From positions 124,001 to 188,000 of the forward strand of contig JANJGN010000121.1 of NCBI GenBank assembly GCA_026770705.1: a stretch of DNA of 64,000 bases, given 5' to 3'. The translations under genes and the position numbers were made by a program. Shown one piece after another: positions 1 to 11,400 of the stretch. Positions within the stretch are counted from its first letter, which is position 1, and every line of letters begins with the position of its first letter. Under the pieces are notes generated by a model. The model was not told the DNA's origin. It was given only the letters and a program-made list of their open reading frames with translations, and made no database searches. Origin of the DNA: Isurus oxyrinchus. Lineage: Eukaryota.

Positions 1-394
1 GACTTGAGTCTCACACCCAGATCTCAATAATCAGTAGAAATCTTTCAAAGGCATCAATCATTGGAATCTGTCTTTATAAAGTCACAACATCAACAAAGGA
101 CGGTGTTGGTCGTGGAAGTGAATTCCAATCGTTCCGTTACTTACCCAGGACCTGTCCGACTGCTCGCCTGGGGAGGAACTGCCCACACACTCTGCTTGGG
201 CTGAATGACCTCTTCCTGTGCTGCTCCCTCTGTGTGTTTAATTAGAAAGGGTTGATGTGTCACTGTGAGACAAAATGAGGAAGTGGTTAGTACCAAGTGA
301 GAAAGCAGCTCTTTGCCTCGCACAGTTAGAAAACTGTTAACCCTTTGCGTGCCAAGAATGTGGCTGAAGGGCCATCGACTGTTCACATGCAACA

Positions 395-1025
395 AGCTCG
401 AGGGGGTTGAACGGGCCTCCTCCTGTTCCTGTGTAACAGGCTTGAGGGGCTGAATGGACCTCCTCCTGTTCCTGTGTAAGAGGCTTGTGTGGCTGAATGG
501 GCCTCCTCCTGTTCCTTTATAATTGCCTCGAGGGACTGAATGAACCTCCTCCTCCGCTTCTTGTGTAACATGCTTGAGGGGCTGTTTGGGCCCCCTCATG
601 TTCTTATATAAGATGCTCGTGTGGCTGAATGAGACTTCTCCTGTTCCTATGTAACTGACTTGAGGGGCTTAATGGACCTCCTCCTGTTCCTGTTCATCAA
701 GCTCATGGGGCTGAAATGACCTCATTCCGTTCTGGTGTTAGAGGCTTGAAGGTCTGAATGGGCCTCCTCCTGTTCCTGTGTAACAGGCTCGAGGGGCTGA
801 ATGGGCCTCCTCCTGTTGCTGTGTAACAGGCTCGAGGGGCTGAATGGGCCTCCTCCTGTTCCTGTGTAACAGGCTTGAGGGGCTGAATGGCCTCCTCCTT
901 TTCCTGTATAACAGGCTTATGGGGCTGAATGGCCTCCTCCTGTTCCTGTGTAACAGGCTTGAGGGGGCTGAATGGCCTCCTCCTGTTCCTGCGTAACAGG
1001 GTCGAGGGGCTGAATGTCCTCCTCT
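395..1025. repeat. ~42-bp tandem repeat (GGGCTGAATGGGCCTCCTCCTGTTCCTGTGTAACAGGCTCGAG) resembling a CR1/SINE 3' tail
   Basis: Visible tandem units; also at 12655-12790, 35775-36045 (inverted), 52720-53115 and 53975-54650. Confidence 0.9.
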
Positions 1026-2359
1026 CATTAAAAATAAATACTGCAGATGGTGTAAATCTTAAATAAAAACGGAAAATGCTGCCTTAACTCAGCAGGTCTG
1101 GCAGCAGCTGTGAAGAGAGAAACAGAGTTTTTGCTTTGAGACTCTGAAGAAGGGTCATACGGACTCAAAATGCTAATTCTGTTTATCTCTGCACAGATGC
1201 TGCCAGACCTACTCAGTTTCTCCAGCATTTTCTGTTTTTATTTCAGGTACTCTCTTGTTCCTGTGTAGCAGGTTCGAGGGGGCTGAATGGCCTCCTCCTG
1301 TTCCTATTCAATGGGCAGTGAAAGCATGTGTATGATTTGGACCTCAAACCCAATTCTGTCCTCAGGACATTGACAGATGGAGAGACCAGTTACAGATCAA
1401 TGCAGGAGGATTATTTATTTTCCCAATCTTTTATCCAAGAATGTCATCAAACATAGAGCAGAACCAGGATCAAGGATGTTGGTCTCTGTAATCTGTAACA
1501 GATCGAACAGTCCACCCATCCACTCACCATCAGGATGGATGCAAATTGTACTCTCCAAGTGTGAAAGACTAAAATGGTGGTTTATTGCAGCTATATCTCA
1601 TTCTGTTATCAAAGCTGTCTCATCCATCCATGACATATTGAAGAAGATAAACCTGCAACCAATTTTTCACATCATAATTTCCAATGTTCATTGGCAACAT
1701 CAATGTAAACATGTCACGCTGAAATGATGTCCTCCTACCAGTGGTGGCACTGTAGCACATCTGTTATCCTCTGAGCTGCAGAGAATTTCTCAAATCTCCA
1801 AACAAATTGTTTCCCTGTTTCTGGGATTGCAGTTAGTTTTGCTGTTTAACGATGAAGTGTAAAATCCAAATATATATCTGAAAATACATTTGATTACAAA
1901 ATGCTGAGTAAATTATGCCAATCTCCTCTGCTCCAATTATCCACCGATCCTGCATTTCCTGAAGTCTACACTGGCTGATGAATATTCTGTAAACACTGAC
2001 AGACAGGAAGGTGAATAACAGAATGAAAATTAACTCATAATCAAGGACACGGGATTGAATTTGTCCGTTCTGTCCTGCTACATCATCGAACGATATCTAA
2101 AGACATTTACAATCAGAATGGAGAGAAGGATGTTTCCAACAGGGAGGGACAATTCTGAAGGAGGATGTTCAAATTGAAACCCACAGACAATCATCCTGGA
2201 TAGATCATTCCAAAGAAATTCCATCAGATTGTAACAAGAGGTTTAAATCTACTTCCTGGGAGTGAGTTCCTGTGGATATTAGGAAGGTAAGTTAGAGTTT
2301 TGAATGATTCTCCCGTTCTGTATTCTCCCCACACTGTGTGTGTCTCATTCTTGCTCAGT

Positions 2360-2476
2360 TTATAAATTCCCATAAACAGAATCCTCAGCAAATTCACAGT
2401 TTGCGTAAAGATCATCATCTGTATCAGGATTGACTCCGTGGTTAGATTTCATTTCCAGATCCTTCTCATCTTTCTT
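2360..2476 (-). CDS. Gene A terminal exon (KKDEK...DDDLYANCEFAEDSVYGNL*)
   Basis: ttacag acceptor, 38 codons then TAA; two Tyr motifs in acidic context; conserved in gene D. Confidence 0.8.
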   Translation of the reverse strand, partial: KKDEKDLEMKSNHGVNPDTDDDLYANCEFAEDSVYGNL

Positions 2477-5400
2477 CTGTAATAGAAACAGAAATGATCA
2501 GAGTGACAATCAGAGTGATCAGTGTTTAGTATTATTGATCCAAATTGAAAATTCCACCCACAATAGATACATTAGTTATTGACACTGAACAGGGTTTGAT
2601 TATTGATTCTGAACGGGGTTTGATTATTGATTCTGAAGAGGGTTTGATTATTGATTCTGAACGGAGTTTGATTATTGATTCTGAACAGGTTTTGATAATT
2701 GATTCTGAACGGGGTTTGATTATTGATTCTGAATGGGGTTTGATTATTGATACTGAACAGGGTTTGATTATTGATACTGATCGGGGTTTGATTATTGATT
2801 CTGAACGGGGTTTGATTATTGATTCTGAACGGGGTTTGATTATTGATTCTGAACGGTGTTGGGTGTGAGTTTGGTTGGGTTTGGGAGTGACTGTATAAAA
2901 CATTGCAGATACAGGACTGGAGCAGCCATATCAATAACCAGGCTACTGGAGCAGCTGAGAGGCTGGGGATCCTGTGGTGTGTGACTCACCTGATTCCTCA
3001 AAGCCCAACCACGCTCACAGTTTTCATAAACAGGACCTCGATATTCATCAACATGATGGTTCGATTTGATTCCTGCTTTCCCCTCGCCTCTCTTCTGTAA
3101 TAGAGATGGAAATGGACAGTGTGACAATCAACACGATGTGTATTCGGTGTTGGGTTTGATTATTGGGGAGAGAGTTCCAGATTTCCACTCCCCTTTGTGT
3201 GAAGAAGTGCTTCCTGACATCACCCCTGAACGGCCTGGCTCCAATCTGAAGTTCCAGCCCCCTTGTTCTGGACTCCACCCGACCCCCACCACCCACCCCC
3301 ACCCGAGGGAATAGCTTCTCTCTATCGACCCTATCGAGTGTTTAATCAGTTTGAATCTCTCAGTTAGATCCCTCCTTAATCTCCTAGACCTGAGGGAATA
3401 TAATCGTAGACTGTGTGTAACCTGTCTGCACAATTTACCCAGAAAGATGTTCTGTACAACAGACTTGAGTCTCACACCCAGATCTCAATAATCAGTAGAA
3501 ATCTTTCAAAGGCATCAATCATTGGAATCAGTCTTTATAAAGTCACAACATCAACAAAGGATGATGTTGGTTGTGGAAGGAATTCCAATCGTTCCGTTAC
3601 TTACCCAGGACCTTTCCGAATGCTCGCCTGGGGAGGAACTGCCCACACGCTCTGCTTGGGCTGAATGACCTCTTCCTGTGCTGCTCCCTCTGTGTATTTA
3701 ATGAGAAAGGGTTGATGTGTCTCTGTGAGTCAAATCAGGAATTGGGGAACAATTGTGAAAACCGTTTCACTGAAACGTAGGGCCTTAGTGTTGTGTTGTA
3801 AGCAAACTGTTAACCCTTTGTGACCTGAGTGTGTCGTGATTCCTGTGGAAAGCTGAACAGTCGTTGAGCGAGTTTCAATTCACTGCTTACTCCAGGTGTT
3901 GAGGTGTATCTTCTGATGGAGCAGATGTTGCTCAGCGCTCCTTAAAATTGTGAGAGACTGAACAACGTGTAAGAGGACGAGAGAGAGAATGAGAAGGAGA
4001 GCATTAGTGGAGATTGGGGAGAGAGCGAATAAGACAGAGAGAGAATGAGAAGGAGAGCATAAGTGGAGGTAAGAGAGAGAGTGAGTTAGACACTGAAAAT
4101 GGAAAGAGATTGCATTCACTAACAAAAGAAATGTCTTCATTTATATATCCCCTTTCACATCCTCAGGAAGTCACAAGGTATTTTATGGTCCAGATCAACA
4201 CTGCCTGATACAGGACTGAGTTGTGAAACATTGAGTGTTGGATGAGATGTTAAACAATGAGTGAACATCAAAGCTCTTCAGGGGTTGTGAAGGGTTTTGG
4301 GTTGTGAAAGGTGCTATAGAAATGCAAGTTCTTTCTATAAGGAGAGAAGGTTGAAGAAAACATGTTCAAAAACAACCAATTAAACCTTCACACTTACTTT
4401 CTCACACACTTGAAGATGAAGAATCCACTCAGTCCAACACTCAAACAGATTCCAGCTCCAAGCAATCCTGCTTTCCATTCATTGGAATCTCGCCCTGTAA
4501 AATCAGCCAATGAATGACTCCGGTACAGTTTGAGAATGGTTCCCTGTGTACATGTAGTAATTCTGAACTTGTGAAGTGATATTGTCTATGCATGAAAGGT
4601 CTATACAAATAACATATATCTATGTAATATTTATTGATAATATCCATGTACATGCAGGTTTCTATAAGGAGGATTCACATATAACAGAGGTGCCAAGCTG
4701 CTGAGGTGACACACAGGACTACATACACACCAAACAGTGGAAACAACATGCTATAGACAGAGCAAAGCGATCCCACAACCAACGGGTCAGATCTAAGCTC
4801 TGCAGTCCTGCCACATCCAGTCATGAATGGTGATGGACAACTAAAGATCTAACAGGAGGAGGATGTTCCACAAATATCCCCATCCTTAATGATGGGGGAG
4901 CTCAGCACATCAGTGCAAACGACAAGGCTGAAGCATTGGCAACCATGTTCAGCCAGAAGTGCTGAGTGGATGCTCCATCTCGGCCTCCTCCAGAGGGTCC
5001 CAGCATCACAGATGTCAGCTTTCAGACAATTCGATTGACTCCACGTGACATCAGGAATCAGCTGATGATACTGGATACAGCAAAGACTATTGGCCCTGGC
5101 AACATCCCGGCAACAGGAAATAATGTGGCTACAAATGCGGGTAAGAGGCTGGGAACTCTGTGGTGAGTAACTCACCTCCTGACTCCCCAAAGCCTGTCCA
5201 CCATCGGACAAGGCACATTTCAGGAGTGTGATGGAATAATCTCCACTTGGCTGGATAAGTGCAGCTCCAACAACACTCAAGAAGCTCGACACCATCCAGG
5301 AGCAGCTTGTTTGAGCGACAGCCCATCCACCAGCATAAACATTCATACCCTCCACCACTGGCACACAATGGCAGCAGTGTGTGCACCATCTACAAGATGC

Positions 5401-8400
5401 ACTGCAGCAACTCACCAAGGCTCCTTCGACAGCACCTTCCAAACCCTTAACCTCTTCCACCAAGACAGTTCCAAGTCAGTGTGGTGTGTGATTTGGAAGC
5501 GAACGTGAGGTGGTGGTCTGCCCTGGGACTTGGAAATATATCGGCCGTTCCTTCACCATCACTGGGACAAAATCCTGGAACTCCCTCCCTAACAGCACTG
5601 TGGGTGTGCGTACACCACATGGACTGCAGTGGTTAAAGAAGGCAGCTCACCACCACATTCTCAAGGGGCAGTTACAGATGGGCAATAATTTCTGGTCTTG
5701 TCAACACTACCCACATCCCATGAGCTAATAAAAACAGAATGTTTATGAACCCGTCCACTGCTCCATGTTCATTCTCTGCCACACACTGATAATCTCCAGT
5801 GTCCCTGGATATAACGTGAGGAATCACCAACCACAGCTCATTGTTGGAACTTGTTCTGTTCATTGGGACATTAAGATGTCGCCACGTCAGGTTAGAAGCT
5901 GGGAAGCTCTCGACAGAGCAGATTATCACTGCAGAATTCCCCTCAATTATATTGATCCATGAAGTGTTAATCATATCATGAAAAGTAATTGAGAGATTCT
6001 GTGGTGCATCTAAAAACGAATAAAGATCAGTTACTTACATTGACTGTGAAGCACTTTCAGAGACCCTGACAATGTTACAGGTGTAATATCAATCCTTCAC
6101 CACAAAGCACATAATTCAGGCAGACTCTTCAGTTCAGTACTGAGGGAGTGCTGCACTGTTGGAGGGTCAGTACTGAGGGAGTGCTGCACTGTTGGAGGGT
6201 CAGTACTGAGGGAGTGCTGCCCTGTTGGAGGGTGAGTACTGAGGACCTGCTGTACTGATGGTGGGTGGGTACTGTGAAAGCTTCACTGCCGCATAGTCAG
6301 TACTGAGCGAGTACTTCACTGTCGGAGGGTCAGCACTGAGGGAGTGCTGCACTGTTGGAGGGTCAGTATTGAGGCAGTGCTGCACTGTTGGAGGGTCAGT
6401 ATTGAGGCAGTGCTGCACTGTTGGAGGGTCAGTACTTAGGGAATGCTGCACTGTCGGAGGGTCAGTACTGGAAGAGTGCTGCATTGTCGGAGCGTCAGTA
6501 ATTAGGGATCTCTGCACTGTTGGAGGGTCAGTACTGAGGCAATGCTGCACTGTCGAAGGGTCAGTACTGGAAGAGTGCTGCACTGTCGGAGGGTCAGTAA
6601 TTAGGGAGCTCTGCACTGTTGGAGGGTGATAAGACCATAAGACCACAAGACATCAGAGCAGAAGGAGGCCATTCGGCCAATCAACTATGCTCCGCCATTC
6701 AATGACACCATGGCTGATCTGACAATCCTCAACTCCACTTTCCTGCCTCTTCCCCATAGCCTTTGATTCCCTGACTGATTAAAAAACTGTGTATCTCAGC
6801 CTTGAATATAATTAATGACCCAGCCTCTGCAGCTCTCTGCAGTAAAGAATTCCACACATTCACTACCCTCTGAGAGAAGAAACTCCTCATCTCTGTCTTA
6901 AATGGGTGACCCCTTACTCTGAGATTATGCCCTCTGGTCCTAGACTCTCCCACAAGGGGAAACAACCTCTCAGCATCTACCCTGTCAAGCACCCTAAGAA
7001 TCTTATATGTTTCAATAAGGTCACCTCTCATTCTTCTAAACTCCAATGAGTACAGGCCCAGCCTACTCAACCTCTCCTCATATGAAAATCCCTCCATTAC
7101 TGGGATCAACCTAGTGAACCTTCTCTGGACTGCCTCCAATGCCAGTACATCTTTCCTTAGATAAGGGAACCAAAACTGCTCACAGTATTCTAGGTGTGGT
7201 CTAACTAGTGCCTTGTATAGTTTTAGCAAGATTTCCCTATTTTTATACTCCATTCCCTTTGAAATAAAGGTCAGCATTCCAAATACTATGTGCATTTAAG
7301 TAAAGAGCCATTAATTTTGTCTTTTTATCATTTCCCCCCCTCTGACACTATTTGCTGATGTATTTTTATGTTTGGACACTGTGTCCCTTCCTGTCACACA
7401 CTGGGTATCATTGCCAAAACAGCTATCCTGCAATGCTAATAAATCCTTTTGGTTTGTAACTGTACATATACCTTCTCCAGAAACATTCGCCCCACACTCT
7501 ATTTAGTTTAAAGCCAATAGTGAGGTAGTGCAGCACTGTCAAAGGGTCAGAACTGAGGGAGTGCTGCATGTGGGAGGGTCAGTACTGAGGGAGTGCTGCA
7601 CTGTGGGAGGGTCAGTACTGAGGGAGTGCTGCATGTGGGAGGGTCAGTACTGAGGGAGTGCTGCACTGTGGGAGGGTCAGTACTGAGGGAGTGCTGCATG
7701 TGGGAGGGTCAGTACTGAGGGAGTGCTGCACTGTCAGAGGGTCAGTACTGAGGGAGTGCTGCACTGTGGGAGGGTCAGTACTGAGGGAGTGCTGCACTGT
7801 GGGAGGGTCAGTACTGAGGGAGTGCTGCATGTGGGAGGGTCAGTACTGAGGGAGTGCTGCAGGTGGGAGGATCAGTACTGAGGGAGTGCTGCACTGTCAG
7901 AGGTTCAGTACTGTGGAAGTGCTGCACTGTGGGTGGGGGGTAGATTCAGTTCTGTGGAAGTGCTGAACTGTTTGAAGGTCTCGACCGAGGATCTGCTGTA
8001 ATTTCAGAGGGTCAGTCAGGAGGGAGATATGAAATGTTGGATTTTCAGTCCTGAGGGAGCACTGCAGAGTTGGAGGGTCAGCAGTGAAGGAGTGCTGCAC
8101 TGTCGGAGAGTCAGTACTGAGGGATTGTTTCATTATTGGAGGGTCAGTACTGAGGCAGTGCTGCACTGTCAGAGGGTCAGTACTGAGGGAGTGCTGCAAT
8201 GTCAGAGGGTCAGTACTGAGGGAGAGCTGCAATTTCAGCAGGTCAGTACTGAGGGAGTGCTGCACTGTCAGAGGGTCAGTACTGAGGGAGTTCTGCACTG
8301 TTGGAGGGTCAGTACTGAGTGATTGCTGCACTATTGGAGGATCAGTACTGAGGGAGTGCTGCACTGTCAGGCGGTCAGTACTGAGGGAGTGCTGCACTGT

Positions 8401-11400
8401 CAGGCGGTCAGTACTGAGGGAGTGCTGCATTGTCAGGAGGTTAGTATATTGTGAGTGATGCTCTGCTCTATCAGCTTCTTGGATGGAAAAAAAAGCTCCA
8501 GTGTTAATGTTCAGAAACTGTCATTAACTGTTTTCTGGTCAGTGTTTTTCCGTAAATTACAGATGATCTGGTTCTCATCAGAATACCTTTCTGTGGGATC
8601 CTGCTGTGCATAATCTAGACTGTTCCAGCGAATGTATAATGAAGGATGTCCATACTTACCTTGTACAGTTAGTACGAGGGTACGCTCCGATGAAACAGAT
8701 GGATATCTCACTCTGCAGCTGAGTGTGTGTCCGTGGTGTTTGAGTGATGGGATCAGGGTCAGAACAGAAGTATAGGTCAGAGTGACACCATGCTGAGTTA
8801 CAGTGTTTGAGACTGATCCAGGTACATCAGTGGGGATGTCCCAGGTTAAGACAGGTGCTGCTGTTCCATTGCACGTTGTGTTGAAGGTGCAGCTTACATC
8901 CACAGGCTTTCCTGCAATAATTTCAGCAGGGAATATCATGGGTTTATCTGTGAAATCTAACAGACGGAGAATGGATCCTTTTAGAGAAATATAACGTGAA
9001 GCATCAGTTCAAATAGAAATCACAATCCCACAAGAGAAAGCACTTTTACAAGGATGATATCAGAACTGAGAGATTACAATGATCAGGAAATTATTTTAAA
9101 CAGGATTAGAGAGATCGATGAGAGTGGATAACCTGATAACTTTGATGGACACAGTCAATACATTTAATCATTGATATTAAAGTGAGTATTAGAGGTTGCT
9201 TTAGGACTGAACTGGAAGCTATCAGCAGGTTATTGAGAATCAGACATTGTGTTATAATAAGCTGTGTTTTGTGTTAATATGTAAACGTCACAGTTTGTGT
9301 TAATTCCCATTGAGTGTTGAATGTGAATTGTTGAGTAATTATAACACAGCACTTACCAGAAACATGAAGCTGGGTTACAGGGTAATAGTTATGGCTCGGA
9401 CCATTGTCAAATTCTATCCTGAAAAAATAAGGTCCTGCATCTTCCCGTCTGATGTTGTTTATAATCAGGGAACAGTCGCCATCTTTCAGGTCTCCAGACA
9501 GCCGGGTCCGATGGTGGAACCGTGGTAACTCGTGACTGTGATCCTTGGAGTGAAAGGCTATGGGAGCCCAGGGAATCTGTTTCTCGTTATTAAACCAGAC
9601 TCCAACTCGTGGTCGGCTTTCCAAATGTGATGGATAACTGTAATGACATGGAATCTGTACACACGAATCTTCCTGTGCTGTCACCTCTCGTGGAGTGTCA
9701 CCTTTCCACTCTTGTGACAGTCCAACTGGGGAGAGAAATATCAATATTTAACTCTGGATGTTTTTTCGATCCACTAGACTCGATATCCACCCCCTCCATC
9801 ACTGGGGCACAGTGGCTGCAGTGTGGACCATCTACAGGACACACAGGGATCTCCCCAAGGTTTCACAATGGATGGAAGAGAATCCTGGACACAGGAGTGG
9901 ACAAGTTCATTCTACATTGGCTCATGGTCCTCAGGACCCTGTTTAGTGAAACCAGTCTTCCACCCAACACAGTGTCTCCAAGTCATGTGTTTTTCAAATT
10001 ATCCGTTCATGGGATGTGCCCAGCATTTATTACCCATCCCATGTCCATCAGAGGCATTTAAGAATCAATTGTATTGCTGTGGGTTTGGAGTGACATGTAG
10101 GCCAGACTGGGTAAGGGTGGAGATTTCCTTCCCAGAAGGGGATCAGTGAACCAGGCTTTTTAATCCGATTCATCTGCTGTGATGGGATTCATACCCAGGG
10201 CCCCAGAGCATCACCCTGGGCCTCTGGAATACTAGCCCAGTGACAATGCCTCTCTACTGCCGCTTCCCCTTAGTGAAGCCAGTCTTCCACCCAACACAGA
10301 CTCTACAAGACCCACCCATTGAGATCCATTCAGTGCTGATTTACAAGACAGGACAATGGATTAGGAGCCCTCAGAACTCCCCCCATTATCACCGTCATGA
10401 ATCACTAATTAGCCTAACATTCCTGTCTGCTCTTCAACACAGCTGATTGGCTAATCTGATTCAATCTGATTGGTGCACTTTGTATCTTCATTGTCTAAGG
10501 AATCTCTTTGGATCCTCATTGTCTGAGGAATCTCTTTGGATCCTTATTGTTTGAGGAATCACTTTGGACCCTCATTGTCTAAGGAATCTCCTTGGATCCT
10601 CATTGTCTGAGGAATCTCTTTGGATCCTGATTGTTTGAGGAATCACTTTGGACCCTCATTGTCTAAGGAATCTCTTTGGATCCTCATTGTCTGAGGAATC
10701 TCTTTGGATCCTCATTGTCTAAGGAATCTCTTTGGATCCTCATTGTCTAAGGAATCTCTATGGATCCTCATTGTCTAAGGGATTATTTCTGATCCAAACC
10801 CCATATTTTTGTATTGTTGATTCCGATGCAGCATTGTAGACTGACTTGTCCCCAAGCTCAGCACTGACCCTACTCCAGCAGACCCTGTGAAACACACTAA
10901 CAAAGTGCCTCTAGCCTGAGCTCTGCATGTGTCGGAGGTGCCGCTGTGGTGGGTTCATGACTTTCAAAGATGGTGTTGTTTATTTGTTCAAACTGAACTG
11001 GGCCCCACATGAAACGCTGCTACCAGAAACTTCTTGTTCCCTGTACTTCTAAAACATCTGTGATTCAGCAGGATTCTGAAGATTTGCTGACAAGGGTCTT
11101 AAATTGTCTGATTGTTGAATGATACAACACAGGAGGAGCTCATTTGACCCATCGTGCATGTGCTGGCTCTTTCCCAATTCCTCTCCAGCACCTTTCGCAC
11201 ATCCCTGCAAATTTCCCTTCAAGTATTTATCCAGTTCCCCTTCTGAAAGTTCCTGTTGAATCTGCTTCCACCGGCCTTTCAGGCAGTGAGTCAATGGTCT
11301 CTCTCTGAGCTGCAAAGTGCTCAGATTCTGTGAAATTTAAACTGTGCAGCAGGTCAGAGACACTCATGATAACTCAGAATATTTGTCACCTTTACACACG

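Noticed and set aside
141-1028. QPLEPVTQEQEEA repeat ORFs (also near 35724 and 52597-54655)
   Set aside because: Tandem amplification of a retroposon 3'-tail-like sequence
3880-3941. Alternative short cytoplasmic exon after gene A TM (KSAEQHLLHQKIHLNTWSKQ*)
   Set aside because: Weak taag acceptor and the internal donor is not conserved in gene D; a minor isoform cannot be excluded
9357-9725. Rearranging antigen-receptor V segment (Ig/TCR/IgNAR)
   Set aside because: No F-strand YYC and no RSS; ends in a GT donor; cysteine pattern is Siglec-type
10488-10780. 28-bp partly palindromic repeats resembling a CRISPR array
   Set aside because: No unique spacers, no cas genes, vertebrate intron
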